From Myxococcaceae bacterium (GTDB taxonomy: Bacteria > Myxococcota > Myxococcia > Myxococcales > Myxococcaceae), in the NCBI GenBank assembly GCA_041739845.1, contig JBGSMZ010000139.1, positions 19,559 through 83,558 of the forward strand: a stretch of DNA of 64,000 nucleotides, given 5' to 3'. Positions 29,276-39,847 of the stretch are shown piece by piece. The translations under genes were made by a program, and so were the position numbers. Every line of letters begins with the position of its first letter. Position 1 is the stretch's first letter. The notes beneath the pieces are model-generated. The model saw only the letters and a list, made by a program, of their open reading frames with translations, was not told where the DNA came from and did no database searches.

Positions 29276-30499
29276 ATGGCGAACATTCAATCCGAGGCCA
29301 GCCCGCCAGAGTCGGATTTGGAAGCCCACCTCAACACCCGTAACATGGTGCTGAACTTGGGCCCGTCCCACCCAGCCACCCATGGAACGGTGCGGTTGAA
29401 AGTCGAACTCAATGGCGAAACCATCGTTTCGATGGACACGGAAATTGGGTTCCTTCATCGCGGCTTCCAAAAGAGCTGCGAAAATGTCTCTTGGCTGCAG
29501 TGCCTTCCCTACACGGATCGCCTCGACTACGTCGCGTCCCTCCAGATGAACTTTGGGTTTCTCACGGCAGTTGAGACGCTCATCGGCATCGACATTCCAG
29601 AACGCGCAAAGTTCATTCGCGTGATCGGCGCAGAGCTTCACCGCATTGCAAGCCACCTCACCACCATCGGCGCGACTGCGATGGAACTCGGTGGTACCAC
29701 TGCGTTCCTCTACGCTATCGAAGGTCGAGAATTGATCACCGATCGCGTGACCGAGCTCACCGGGGCGAGGCTGACGACGAGCTTTGGTCGAATCGGCGGG
29801 CTCAATCGAGACCTTCCGCCCGATTGGACGCGCAAAGTCCTCGCATCGTTGAAAACGATAGAGCTACGGGTGGCAGACCTGGATGGCCTGCTCTCGCGCA
29901 ATCGCATATTTACCGACCGCACTCGCGGGACGGGTACCATCAGTGCGGACGACGCCCTCGATTTTGGCTTCACCGGGCCATCGCTGCGCGCCAACGGGAT
30001 TTCCTACGACGTTCGCAAAGCCGCACCCTATTGGGTCTACGACCGCTTTGACTTTGACATTCCGGTCGGGAGCCATGGGGACAACTTCGACCGGTACTAC
30101 CTCCGGGTCCTTGAAATCGAGCAATCGATACGCATCCTTCGCCAGGCGATCGCGACGCTTCCAGAAGGACCGGTGCTCGTCGACGATTGGCGCGTTGCAT
30201 TGCCGCCTAAGGAGGCCGTCTACGGATCGATCGAAGGGACGATTGCGCATTTTAAGCAAGTGATGGAAGGGACGCCGGTACCTCCTGGCGAAGTGTACAG
30301 TGCAACCGAATCCGCCAACGGCGAACTCGGTTGGTATTTGCGCAGCGACGGATCCGGACGACCCTACAAAGTCCACATCCGTGCACCTGGATTTCAACTC
30401 CTCTCGGGGCTCGCGCGCATGTGCGAGGGTCGCCTGCTCTCGGATTTGATTCCAACCTTCGACACGATCAACATGATCGGTGGCGAGGTCGAACAATGA
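29276..30499 (+). CDS. nuoD: NADH-quinone oxidoreductase subunit D
   Basis: MVLNLGPSHPATHGTVRL...GFLHRGFQK...YTDRLDY...INMIGGEVEQ C-terminus, 407 aa. Confidence 0.95.
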   Translation: MANIQSEASPPESDLEAHLNTRNMVLNLGPSHPATHGTVRLKVELNGETIVSMDTEIGFLHRGFQKSCENVSWLQCLPYTDRLDYVASLQMNFGFLTAVETLIGIDIPERAKFIRVIGAELHRIASHLTTIGATAMELGGTTAFLYAIEGRELITDRVTELTGARLTTSFGRIGGLNRDLPPDWTRKVLASLKTIELRVADLDGLLSRNRIFTDRTRGTGTISADDALDFGFTGPSLRANGISYDVRKAAPYWVYDRFDFDIPVGSHGDNFDRYYLRVLEIEQSIRILRQAIATLPEGPVLVDDWRVALPPKEAVYGSIEGTIAHFKQVMEGTPVPPGEVYSATESANGELGWYLRSDGSGRPYKVHIRAPGFQLLSGLARMCEGRLLSDLIPTFDTINMIGGEVEQ

Positions 30500-32226
30500 G
30501 CGACATCAAGAAGCCAGAACCAGCGCCTCTCGCACGGCCCGCTCCCCCTCCTCCAAAGCATCCCGGGATGGTGACGTTTCGCGTGGACGGTCAGGAAGTC
30601 GTGGTCGCGCCCGGGACCAATATGATCGACGCCGCGAAGTCCGTCGGCGTCCACATCCCTTACTACTGCTACCACCCGCGGCTTTCGATAGCCGCGAATT
30701 GCCGAATGTGCATGGTGGAATCCTCAGGCGCACCAGCCGGCAAGCTCGTCCCCGCCTGCCAGACCGGCATCGCCGAAGGGGTCGAAATTTCTACGACTTC
30801 TCAAACGGTCTGCGATCAGCAGCGCAAGGTGATGGAGTTTCTCCTCCTCAACCATCCGGTGGATTGCGCGATTTGCGACCAGTCTGGAGAATGCAAGCTT
30901 CAAGACTATTACATGCGCTTTGACCATCGCAGGTCCCGACTTCTCGGGGACAAGATCATGCGAACCAAGCGCAAGGTCTTGAACGACCTTGTAGTCATCG
31001 ATCAAGAGCGCTGTGTCCTCTGCACGCGATGCGTGCGGTTTATGGATGAAGTAGCAAAGACTCCACAACTTGGCGTGTTTGGTCGCGGCTCGAGTGAGCG
31101 CGTGGACTTGCCACCGGGAACTGAAAAACTCGAGTCCAACTACACTGGGAATATCGTCGACATTTGCCCAGTCGGGGCGCTGCTCAACCGCGATTTCCGC
31201 TTTCAAGCGCGCGCCTGGTTCCTCACCACCACTCCCTCGATTTGCGTCGGCTGCTCGCGGGGCTGTTCCATTCAAGCGGATACCATGGGGCAGGACGTCT
31301 ACAGATACCGCCCGCGCGAAAACGAGGCGATCAACAAGAGCTGGCTGTGCGACCAGGGGCGCCTTTCGTACCGAGCGATCAATGGACCGCGACCCGCGCA
31401 GTCGGCGATTGGAACGGGATCCAGTAGGCGCGCCAGCTTAACTTCTGAAGCCGTTGCGCATACCGCTGCGCACTTGCGCAAAGGGAGCGTCGCCGTCGCC
31501 GTGTCTCCCGCGTTGTCCAACGAAGACATCCTCGCGGCGCTAACCTTCGCTCGCGACACCCTGGGGAGCGCGTCGGTGTACGTCACTGGATCCGCTCCTG
31601 GAGAAGCGGACTTCTTCCTCATGACCGCCGATAAGAATCCCAACCGCCGCGGCCTTACGGCAATCGCTGCAGGTCTCGGCGTCGCGCTCCTGCCTTTTGA
31701 GAAACTCCGCGTCGACCTCGACGGCAATTCCTTCCAACAACTCTTGCTCTTTGGACACCAAGTTCCAGAGGGCGATGCGGCTTTTGCAAAGCGCCTTGCG
31801 AAGCTCGACTTCGTTGCTGTCGTTGCCGCAGGGATTTCTGAGGTGACCATCACCGCGAACACAGTCCTGGCCGCCACCTCTCATCTTGAGGATGAGGGCT
31901 CGTTCATCCAGGAGAGCGGAATCATTCAACGCACCCGCTGCGCGTTTCCGCCGCGCGCAGAATGCATGCCGATTTGGAAGTGGAGCGTCGCCCTTTCCAA
32001 GGAACTCGGCGGTGCGCTGACGGGCACTTCATCGCGCGAGGTATTTTTGGCATACAAGAATGCGGTCATCGAACTTCGCGACTTTGACTGGGATGCGGCC
32101 GCTCCACGGAATCAGCTCCGCCCGGGCATTGGAACGCTTCCCGCCGGTGCCGATGGCCGTCCGCCTGGCTGGCGCGAACAAGGCATTCCCAGCATGCACG
32201 GACTTTCGCTGGAGCAGGCCACCTAA
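30496..32226 (+). CDS. nuoG: NADH-quinone oxidoreductase subunit G (short, 576 aa)
   Basis: ATG at 30496 overlaps the nuoD TGA (ATGA). 2Fe-2S motif YYCYHPRLSIAANCRMCMVE, His-ligated cluster HPVDCAICDQSGECKLQDY, ERCVLCTRCVRF, CPVGAL, and CVGCSRGCSI...NKSWLCDQGRLSY. The listed 30331 start overlaps nuoD. Confidence 0.85.
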   Translation: MSDIKKPEPAPLARPAPPPPKHPGMVTFRVDGQEVVVAPGTNMIDAAKSVGVHIPYYCYHPRLSIAANCRMCMVESSGAPAGKLVPACQTGIAEGVEISTTSQTVCDQQRKVMEFLLLNHPVDCAICDQSGECKLQDYYMRFDHRRSRLLGDKIMRTKRKVLNDLVVIDQERCVLCTRCVRFMDEVAKTPQLGVFGRGSSERVDLPPGTEKLESNYTGNIVDICPVGALLNRDFRFQARAWFLTTTPSICVGCSRGCSIQADTMGQDVYRYRPRENEAINKSWLCDQGRLSYRAINGPRPAQSAIGTGSSRRASLTSEAVAHTAAHLRKGSVAVAVSPALSNEDILAALTFARDTLGSASVYVTGSAPGEADFFLMTADKNPNRRGLTAIAAGLGVALLPFEKLRVDLDGNSFQQLLLFGHQVPEGDAAFAKRLAKLDFVAVVAAGISEVTITANTVLAATSHLEDEGSFIQESGIIQRTRCAFPPRAECMPIWKWSVALSKELGGALTGTSSREVFLAYKNAVIELRDFDWDAAAPRNQLRPGIGTLPAGADGRPPGWREQGIPSMHGLSLEQAT

Positions 32227-33585
32227 ATGCGACCGCTGATCACGGGTCTTCTGCTCATCTGTGCTGGCGCCTTCAGCGTCATGGCAGCCGCCTATGCAGT
32301 AGCTGGTTTGTTGGGGCCAATAGGAGGGCGCGTCGCAATCATTCTCTTCCTGAATTTGATCGCGGTGATGGTGATTGCGACCTTGTTGACGATGGCGGAG
32401 CGCAAGTGGTCGGCGCTCCTGCAAAACCGAATTGGCCCCAATCGCATCCGCGTCACGCTTCCGCTCCTTGGAAAATCAGCACTCTCTGGATTGCCGCACA
32501 TCATCCCCGACGTCCTCAAGCTCCTCACCAAGGAAGTCGTTTCGCCGAAATCGGCGAGCCGCCTGCTTTTCAATCTGGCTCCGATGCTCGCTTTCGGTCC
32601 AGTGTTTTGCCTCTTTGTCATTGTCCCCGCGGGACCTAGCATCGAGATGTTTGGCACCAAGGTCGTCATGGCGGGGGCGAGTCCAGATTTTGGGATTCTC
32701 TTTGTGTTTGCGGTGGCCTCCTTAGCCGTCTACGGAACTTCCCTCGCCGGTTGGGCCTCGAACAATAGGTTTGCACTCCTCGGTGGCGTCCGCGCCTCGT
32801 CGCAGCTTATTTCCTACGAGGTTGCTTTGGGACTCTCCCTCGTGGGTCTCATGCTCGCGTTTTCAACGGTTGCCCTGTCGGGCGAGACGGGCATGGTCGC
32901 CCAACAAGCCAAATACCTTTGGGAAGCGCGCATCGGCGCGCTCGACGTCGGAATCCCACAGTGGGGCTTTCTTCTTCAGCCGGTCGGATTCTTCCTCTTT
33001 CTCGCCGCAGCTTTTGCCGAAACCAAGCGTACGCCTTTTGATACGCCGGAAGGCGAATCGGAAATTGTGGGCTACTTCCTCGAATACTCAGGAATGCAGT
33101 TCGGCCTCTTCATGGTCGCGGAGTTTGTCGAAGTCGTCGTTCTTTCAGGGATTCTCGTGTCTGTGTTCTTTGGAGGATGGTCCTTGCCATTTGGAAACGA
33201 GTGGCTGCGCGGTCTTTCTTTGATGCAAGCCCACCCTTGGGTGCTGGGTGCGTTCTACGGAATGGTGTTTTGGTTGAAGGTTGGGTTCTTTTGCGTCGTC
33301 CAGCTCATCATTCGCTGGACGTTCCCGCGGTTTCGCTACGACCAGATCCAGCGCCTCGGTTGGCAGATTCTCCTACCCCTGGGGCTTCTGAACCTCTTCC
33401 TGTCCGGCGCACTCATTCTCTGGGACCCTTCTCTGCGCGCGCTCGCCGTCGCCGGCGCGATCGAATTGGCGATCCTTGCTTTCTATACCTTGACCCCAGC
33501 AAACCAAGTGCGCGAGTCTGAACCGGTCCGGGATCGGCACGCGGTGCACGATCCCATTTCTTCAACGTCGGCTGCTACGCACTGA
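32227..33585 (+). CDS. nuoH: NADH-quinone oxidoreductase subunit H (long form, 452 aa)
   Basis: [45 protein letters not shown] and [11 protein letters not shown] motifs. It starts 1 nt after the nuoG stop. Confidence 0.9.
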   Translation: MRPLITGLLLICAGAFSVMAAAYAVAGLLGPIGGRVAIILFLNLIAVMVIATLLTMAERKWSALLQNRIGPNRIRVTLPLLGKSALSGLPHIIPDVLKLLTKEVVSPKSASRLLFNLAPMLAFGPVFCLFVIVPAGPSIEMFGTKVVMAGASPDFGILFVFAVASLAVYGTSLAGWASNNRFALLGGVRASSQLISYEVALGLSLVGLMLAFSTVALSGETGMVAQQAKYLWEARIGALDVGIPQWGFLLQPVGFFLFLAAAFAETKRTPFDTPEGESEIVGYFLEYSGMQFGLFMVAEFVEVVVLSGILVSVFFGGWSLPFGNEWLRGLSLMQAHPWVLGAFYGMVFWLKVGFFCVVQLIIRWTFPRFRYDQIQRLGWQILLPLGLLNLFLSGALILWDPSLRALAVAGAIELAILAFYTLTPANQVRESEPVRDRHAVHDPISSTSAATH

Positions 33586-33593
33586 AGCTCACC

Positions 33594-34376
33594 ATGTCCG
33601 ATGCCAAACCAACGCTTCCGAGCAATCGCTCCCCCGCCGAGCTTGTGGAAAGCGATATTCGGGAGCGCGGATACCTGCCGGAACTCTTGAAGGGATTTTG
33701 GATTACCGCTTCCAAATTCCTTCGAAACATTGCGACGGACCACGACGCCAACCCCAACGTGATGGAGCGCGAGGGCGTCAACAGCGTCGTGACCATTCAG
33801 TATCCTGAGGAAAAAGTCGCCTATCCTGCCGGGTATCGCGGACTCCATCGGCTCGTTCCCCGGGCGGACGGGAAGCCCCGGTGTGTCGCCTGCTACATGT
33901 GCGCCACGGTTTGCCCCGCACAATGCATTCATATCGTTGCTGGAGAATACGAGCACGAGGACAGCGCGACCGCATCGCGGGTCATTGAAAAGTATCCGGT
34001 CCGGTTTGAAATCGATGAACTTCGCTGCATCGTCTGTGGCCTTTGCGTCGATGCCTGTCCCAAAGACGCGATTCGCATGGATACCTATCGGCACACGCCG
34101 AGCGGCTATGAACGCAAAGACTTTGTCTATGGAATCGATGCGCTACTCACTGGGGATCCGGTGAGCCACGCGACGGATCCCTGGTACCATCGGGGAGGGT
34201 CCGAAGCACCAGCTCATCAACACTTGGAAAAGCACGTTCGCGCGGAGCGAAGCGCCGCCGGTGAAGCGACAACGCAACGCTCCGGCGATGGAACGCTCGC
34301 AGCCGGAGCGGCGAACCCAGCCACCAAAAGCGTCGCCGCATTGCCCCACGGACGCAAGCCCAACCCTGCTTCCTGA
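33594..34376 (+). CDS. nuoI: NADH-quinone oxidoreductase subunit I (with ~75 aa low-complexity C-terminal tail)
   Basis: Two 4Fe-4S ferredoxin motifs, [16 protein letters not shown] and [16 protein letters not shown]. Confidence 0.9.
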   Translation: MSDAKPTLPSNRSPAELVESDIRERGYLPELLKGFWITASKFLRNIATDHDANPNVMEREGVNSVVTIQYPEEKVAYPAGYRGLHRLVPRADGKPRCVACYMCATVCPAQCIHIVAGEYEHEDSATASRVIEKYPVRFEIDELRCIVCGLCVDACPKDAIRMDTYRHTPSGYERKDFVYGIDALLTGDPVSHATDPWYHRGGSEAPAHQHLEKHVRAERSAAGEATTQRSGDGTLAAGAANPATKSVAALPHGRKPNPAS

Positions 34377-34381
34377 GCGCT

Positions 34382-35731
34382 TTGGCATCCGGAAAGCGCG
34401 TCTTCTGCAGATGGCCGCTTCATCGTCTGGCGCTGCTATCGATTCCGTCCGGTGCACCGCTAGGTTGGCTCTTCAATACTTTTCAATATTTCCTCGTCGA
34501 TCTTGGAATATCGCGCGCACAAATCGGCCTTCTGTCGAGCGCCTCGCTGCCTTGGTCACTGAAGTTCCTTTGGGCACCTCTCGTCGACCGGTTTGCTCCG
34601 AATTGGCCCGGTCGCCGGCGCAGCTGGATGTTGATGATGCTGGTGGCGCAGTCTTTGGCATTTGGCGCCTTCGCCTGGTTTGCGGCGAGGCTCCTGAGCG
34701 CGCACAGTTCAGGAGTTTTGCCCGAGGCAGCGCCGGCGCTCTTGGGGATCGGGGCGTTCGCGATCGCGCTGCTCTCTGCGACCTTCGACATCGCCTACGA
34801 TGCCTATGCCGTTGAAACGCTCGACCCAGACGAGCACGCGATCGCCCCTGGGCTGCGAAGCGCCTACTACTTTGGCGGCGTACTCCTCGCCGGTGCGGTG
34901 GCCATTTCTCTTGCTGATTGGCTCGGGTGGCCAACAGTCTTCGCGGCGATAGCGGGCCTCTTCTTGCTGTTCCTCCCGATCGCCTTCATCAACAAGGAGA
35001 AGCGCGCATCGCCGCAGGTTCAGCGGACACTGCGCGCCGCGGTCGTCGAACCTTTCGCCGCCTACTTCCGCCGGAAGGACGCTTGGGCGCTCGCCGCGTT
35101 CCTCTTTGCGTACAAGTTTGGCGACAACCTGGCGGGCACCATGGTCAACCCGTTCCTGCGCGACCTTTGCTTCACCAATGCGGAAGCGGGTGTCGCGGTC
35201 AAAGGTGTCGGCTTGGTGGCGACAATCGCGGGCGGACTTTTGGGAGGTGCGGCAATCTTTCGCTTTGGACTCTGGCGCTCTCTCTGGTTCCTGGGCATCG
35301 CACAAGCGCTCGCCAATTTGCTCTACGCCTTCACGGCGACCAATCGTGGTGTCGACCTCATCGCTGCCAACTGTCTCACTTCTTTGCCGCCTCTTGCAGC
35401 TTCGACAAGGGTCTGGGCCTACGCCGCCATTGGAGGGGAGTATCTCGCAAAAGCAATGGCCGGAGCGGCCCAAGGTGCGCTCCTCCTTCGGGTATGTGAC
35501 AAGGCCAATGCGATGACCCAGTTTGCGTTGCTTTCAAGCTTGTTCGCGGTCGGAAGGTGGGCGGCTGGACTGCCATCTGGCTACTTGGTCGATGCGGTCG
35601 GCTACCCACTCTTTTTCACGGGCTGCGCGACCATTGCCGCGCTGCCAGGGCTATTCTTTCTGTGGCGACTTCGCCGAACCCTCGCCGAACCGGGAAGCGT
35701 TGCCGATAACGCGAGACTTCCTTCGCGCTAG
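34382..35731 (+). CDS. MFS transporter, AmpG-like (muropeptide/lysophospholipid permease family)
   Basis: SIPSGAPLGWLFNTFQYFLVDLGISRAQIGLLSSASLPWSLKFLWAPLVDRF aligns with the AmpG N-terminal signature. About 12 TMs. TTG start 5 nt after the nuoI stop. Confidence 0.75.
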   Translation: MASGKRVFCRWPLHRLALLSIPSGAPLGWLFNTFQYFLVDLGISRAQIGLLSSASLPWSLKFLWAPLVDRFAPNWPGRRRSWMLMMLVAQSLAFGAFAWFAARLLSAHSSGVLPEAAPALLGIGAFAIALLSATFDIAYDAYAVETLDPDEHAIAPGLRSAYYFGGVLLAGAVAISLADWLGWPTVFAAIAGLFLLFLPIAFINKEKRASPQVQRTLRAAVVEPFAAYFRRKDAWALAAFLFAYKFGDNLAGTMVNPFLRDLCFTNAEAGVAVKGVGLVATIAGGLLGGAAIFRFGLWRSLWFLGIAQALANLLYAFTATNRGVDLIAANCLTSLPPLAASTRVWAYAAIGGEYLAKAMAGAAQGALLLRVCDKANAMTQFALLSSLFAVGRWAAGLPSGYLVDAVGYPLFFTGCATIAALPGLFFLWRLRRTLAEPGSVADNARLPSR

Positions 35732-37161
35732 CCGCCGACGACGATGCTCCATGCCTCCTTCAGCGCTTCCGGGAGTCCATAGATATCCATGGCAGTAATG
35801 AGGATTGCACTTCCCCACCCGGCGAACATGAGAAAGGGTCCTAAACGCCATTGACCCATGATTCGCTTTGAGCTCGTGAGGTGAAGGAGTGGAAACATCG
35901 CAAATGGAAGTTGAAGCGCCAATACCACTTGACTCAAGGTCAGCAGATCCGTCACGCTTCCATCGCCTCTGACGCCGATGAGGACCGCCGCGGGGACGAC
36001 GGCAAGGAGGCGGGTCAGCAGTCTGCGCAGCCAGGGCTTCATCTGCCACTTCATGAAGCCCTCCATGACGACCTGTCCGGCCAACGTGCCAGTGATCGTG
36101 CTGCTCTGCCCGCTCGCGAGCAACGCAACTGCAAACAAGGTACTGGCCGCTGCGGTCCCTAACAGAGGGGCGAGCGTGAGGTAGGCGACGCGAATCCAGT
36201 CGCTGTCTTCGTGGAAGTGAATCAGCGTACCCCCTTCAAGGGCCACACTGTCGCGCCCAAAAAAGACCGTCGCTGCGAGAACCATAATCGCTGCGTTGAT
36301 AAAAAACGCGATGCTCAAGGCAAAGACCGTATCGATGCTGTTGAGGCGAATGGCATTGCGGATTGAGCGATCGTCGCTCTTGATGCGTCGCGATTGGACA
36401 AGTGCGGAATGGAGATAGAGATTGTGGGGCATCACCGTCGCCCCCACGATTCCGATTGCCAAGTAGGCCATTCCTGCTTGACCGAGCCCTGGGACGAGCG
36501 ATCTCCCCATTTCTAGGAAGCTCGGAGCCGTTTGGGGAATGACAAATAGCTCGATGAAGTAGCAGACCCCAATCGTACCCAGCAGTACGCCGACGACCGC
36601 CTCAATCACCCGCATGCCGAGGCGTTGAAGCGCAAGCAGCAACAACACGTCGATGCCGGTGATGACGACCGCCCAAAAGAGAGGAATCTTAAAGAGCATG
36701 TTGATCGCGACTGCCGCACCTAGAACCTCCGCTAAATCACACGCCCAGATGGCAATCTCGCAGAGGATCCAGTTGGGGAGCCGCGTCCAACTCGGGTATC
36801 GCTCCCGGCAAGCCTGCGCGAGGTCGCGTCCGGTTGCGACACCAAGGCGCGCAGATATCACTTGCAACACGATCGCCATGAGGCTCGCGAGTGCAACGAC
36901 CCAGAGAAGGTCGTACTTGAAGCGAGCACCCGCCTCGAGGTCCGTTCCCCAATTCCCAGGATCCATATAACCAACGCTCACCAACAGCGCTGGACCGGAA
37001 AACGCTCGCCATCGACGCCAGAACGGCGCTTTCCCGTCAGGCACATCGACGGTTCGGTGCAGACCTTCCAGTGATACGGTGAGCGGCTCACCCTTGAGAG
37101 AGGAAATTCCCTTGGGACCTCCTCCGGACGTTGCGACTTGAAAATCGGAAGGGATACTCAT
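35728..37161 (-). CDS. mntH: NRAMP-family divalent metal (Mn2+/Fe2+) transporter
   Basis: GPALLVSVGYMDPGNWGTDLEAGARFKYDLLWV and GATVMPHNLYLHSALVQSR, both NRAMP consensus motifs. Confidence 0.9.
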   Translation of the reverse strand: MSIPSDFQVATSGGGPKGISSLKGEPLTVSLEGLHRTVDVPDGKAPFWRRWRAFSGPALLVSVGYMDPGNWGTDLEAGARFKYDLLWVVALASLMAIVLQVISARLGVATGRDLAQACRERYPSWTRLPNWILCEIAIWACDLAEVLGAAVAINMLFKIPLFWAVVITGIDVLLLLALQRLGMRVIEAVVGVLLGTIGVCYFIELFVIPQTAPSFLEMGRSLVPGLGQAGMAYLAIGIVGATVMPHNLYLHSALVQSRRIKSDDRSIRNAIRLNSIDTVFALSIAFFINAAIMVLAATVFFGRDSVALEGGTLIHFHEDSDWIRVAYLTLAPLLGTAAASTLFAVALLASGQSSTITGTLAGQVVMEGFMKWQMKPWLRRLLTRLLAVVPAAVLIGVRGDGSVTDLLTLSQVVLALQLPFAMFPLLHLTSSKRIMGQWRLGPFLMFAGWGSAILITAMDIYGLPEALKEAWSIVVGG

Positions 37162-37329
37162 GGCGAAAACTCGGAAGAATGCGTTCTATAGTTCGTCACA
37201 GCGCCGATCGCTTCACCGAATCTTGCTCGCCATTCTTCCGCCCGCAGGATCAAGGTTCGGACCTGGCAGCACTGGTCGGTCATGGCTCGGGAGGGAAATG
37301 CCCTCCCGGAGCGTTGAGGAACCCTGCCT

Positions 37330-38493
37330 ATGATGCGCTTCTTCCTCGTCGGCGTAGCCTTCCTTTCGGTTTTCCTGGCGATGCACGTCTACCTCTATCG
37401 CCGCCTCGTGCGAGACGTAACGCGCTCGCGGAGATTGCGTTCCCTCGGCAAAATCCTGATCTTTTCTGTCCTCTTGCTCGTGCCGTTGCTGCGAATCCTT
37501 CGGGGGCAGTTCGTACTTCCGCATTGGCCGACGTTCGCAGTCGCCGTCTGGATGGGTCTCGCCCTCTTTATGGTTCTGGCGCTAGCGAGCGTTGACGCCG
37601 TTGCCTGGGTGCGCCGGCGCCTCCTTGGCCGAGATGCGATTGCAAACTCCCCAGAGGATTCGGAGCGACGCCTCTTTATGGCTCGGGTGACGGCAGTTGG
37701 TGCGGTCGCCTTGGGAGGGGGCTTCTCGACGCTTGGGGTATGGAACGCCTTCTCCGAACCGGAGGTCTCCGACCTCTCCGTCAGACTGAAGGGTCTCAAG
37801 CATGCGATGGCTGGATTTTCCATTGTCCATTTGTCGGACATTCACATTGGAACGCTCATTCGCGCACCGTTCGTCGACCGGTTGGTCGATGTCGCAAACG
37901 GGCTCCGGCCAGATCTCGTCGTCATCACCGGTGACCTCATCGATGGACCACCTGAAGAGTTGGCCGTCATTGCTCGTCAACTCTCCAAATTGCGCGCCCC
38001 GCACGGAGTCTTCGTGGTGTCAGGAAACCACGAATTCTATGCGGGTTGGGATCCTTGGGTGCCAGTCTTCACTGACATGGGCTTCCAGGTGCTGCGCAAT
38101 CGTTGGGTACGAATCGGTGGGGAAAGCGATGGGTTCGACCTCATCGGTGTCGACGATTGGAGCCAGCGCAATCGGCCAGGTGGGTATGACCTCGCTGCGG
38201 CCGTCGCGGGCCGGGATCCGGAGCGGGCCTCGGTGCTCCTCGCCCATCAACCTACCGGCCTCGATGCGGTCACGCGCGCTGGGATTGGGCTTCAGCTCTC
38301 TGGACACACCCACGGCGGACAAGTGTTCCCAGCCACTCTCCTCGTGAAAGCCATTTGGGGAGCTCGAAGCACTGGACTCTCCGTCCACGGCGGAACTTCC
38401 CTCTACACCAGTCGTGGATGTGGTTTCGTGGGGCCACCTATGCGCGTTGGCGCACCTCCTGAAGTTGCAGTGCTGACTCTAGAACCAGGGTAG
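37330..38493 (+). CDS. Membrane-anchored calcineurin-like metallophosphoesterase
   Basis: Four N-terminal TMs, then HLSDIHIG, TGDLIDG, SGNHEF and GHTHGGQ metallophosphatase motifs. Confidence 0.8.
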   Translation: MMRFFLVGVAFLSVFLAMHVYLYRRLVRDVTRSRRLRSLGKILIFSVLLLVPLLRILRGQFVLPHWPTFAVAVWMGLALFMVLALASVDAVAWVRRRLLGRDAIANSPEDSERRLFMARVTAVGAVALGGGFSTLGVWNAFSEPEVSDLSVRLKGLKHAMAGFSIVHLSDIHIGTLIRAPFVDRLVDVANGLRPDLVVITGDLIDGPPEELAVIARQLSKLRAPHGVFVVSGNHEFYAGWDPWVPVFTDMGFQVLRNRWVRIGGESDGFDLIGVDDWSQRNRPGGYDLAAAVAGRDPERASVLLAHQPTGLDAVTRAGIGLQLSGHTHGGQVFPATLLVKAIWGARSTGLSVHGGTSLYTSRGCGFVGPPMRVGAPPEVAVLTLEPG

Positions 38494-38502
38494 TGACGCC
38501 GC

Positions 38503-39036
38503 TCAGCAAGGCCGTTCAAAAACGGTCGTTGCGACGCGTTGAAAGCCGCAAGCGTGCAAGAACTCCTTCATGCCGAGGGTCACGTCTCCATAGGAGCGAA
38601 GTTCGAGGCGCCTCACGGAGAGCACGCTGGCGCGCGCAACGACGGATTCTAGCAAAGCTCGTCCGACACCGCGACGGCGCCACGGTCTGGTCACGCAGAG
38701 GTCGTCGATGGTGCCGCAACGGCCCCCCATGCTGAGCGATGGACCATGGTAGAGGGTGACGACGCCAATGGCTCGGTCGCTTGCGTTGACACCAACCGTC
38801 ACTTCCGCTTCGGGGTGGCTGATAATCCAGCCTACGGTTTCAACATTCGGCGTGCCGCGCTCTGAGGTGAGCAAGCCGACGATCTCCGAGGCATCGCCTC
38901 GGCGCGCCGCCCGTATCCGGAAACTCGCACCATCGGATTGGGAAAGCGACGATTGAAACTGTGAGGTCAACAGCGTATCCAGCGGATGGAGAACGGCGTG
39001 ACGAATAGCAGGATGCTGCGCGATTTCAAGGCTCAT
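38503..39036 (-). CDS. GNAT-family N-acetyltransferase
   Basis: Acetyl-CoA binding motif A, VTRPWRRRGVGRALLE, about 177 aa. Confidence 0.75.
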   Translation of the reverse strand: MSLEIAQHPAIRHAVLHPLDTLLTSQFQSSLSQSDGASFRIRAARRGDASEIVGLLTSERGTPNVETVGWIISHPEAEVTVGVNASDRAIGVVTLYHGPSLSMGGRCGTIDDLCVTRPWRRRGVGRALLESVVARASVLSVRRLELRSYGDVTLGMKEFLHACGFQRVATTVFERPC

Positions 39037-39108
39037 TGCGCAGCAAAAGGACCATCGAAGCAGGAAGGTGCCTCAGCGCTTCCTCGCAGCTATCAGATCG
39101 GACTTCGC

Positions 39109-39726
39109 ATGCCAGTGGCTCCCATCCTGGAAGTGGATATCCTTCATCCTCAGCCTCGCGTCATCGAGCGAGCAGCCAAGATCCTCGAAGACGGTGGCCT
39201 CGTCGCCTACCCCACCGACAGCTACTACGCAGTAGGATGCGATGTTTTTGCCAAGCGCGCCGTCGATCGGATCTACGCATTGAAGGGACTGGATCGGCGG
39301 AAGCCACTCGCGTTCCTCTGTCCCGATCTGTCGGATGTCGCTCGCTACGCAAAGGTCTCCCATTTTGCCTATCGAACGATGCGCCAATTGACGCCTGGTC
39401 CATTCACCTTTGTCCTCGAAGCAACCCGAATTGTTCCTAAGATGATGCAGTCGAAGCAGCGAGAGGTCGGAATTCGCGTTCCCAAAGCCCTACTGATGTT
39501 GGCCATAGCTGCAAAATTGGGGCGCCCAATTGTCACAACCTCGGCAACGACCGAGGACGACACGACCTTGACCGATGCCAGGTCGATCAAAGAGACGCTC
39601 GGAATGCACCTCGACCTCATTCTTGACGGGGGCATCCAAGAAAACGAGCCTTCGACTGTCGTTTCCCTGATCGGGGATCGAATTGATGTATTGCGTCAAG
39701 GCAAAGGAGTCCTGCTATCGCAGTGA
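39109..39726 (+). CDS. tsaC: L-threonylcarbamoyladenylate synthase (YrdC/TsaC/Sua5 domain)
   Basis: GGLVAYPTDSYYAVGCD...IYALKGLDRRKPLAFLC...PGPFTFVL...VGIRVP...TSA. ATG at 39109 gives 205 aa. The listed 38986 start overlaps the divergent GNAT gene. Confidence 0.85.
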   Translation: MPVAPILEVDILHPQPRVIERAAKILEDGGLVAYPTDSYYAVGCDVFAKRAVDRIYALKGLDRRKPLAFLCPDLSDVARYAKVSHFAYRTMRQLTPGPFTFVLEATRIVPKMMQSKQREVGIRVPKALLMLAIAAKLGRPIVTTSATTEDDTTLTDARSIKETLGMHLDLILDGGIQENEPSTVVSLIGDRIDVLRQGKGVLLSQ

Positions 39727-39847
39727 GCCAGCATCGCCTTTGAGACTGGGGCGCGCTGTGTGATTCCTTTGACCCTTTGGCGAAACTCCGCAGATTCCCT
39801 GGGGATTTTTTCGATCAACAGGCTCGCCAACCTCCTTGTGGGAACCG

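Noticed and set aside
37288-37308. GC hairpin CGGGAGGG-aaatg-CCCTCCCG in the mntH / metallophosphoesterase divergent region. Considered as a Mn2+ (yybP-ykoY) riboswitch or terminator.
   Set aside because: I could not recognise conserved yybP-ykoY core sequences, and there is no U-tract on either strand. It is too short to interpret.
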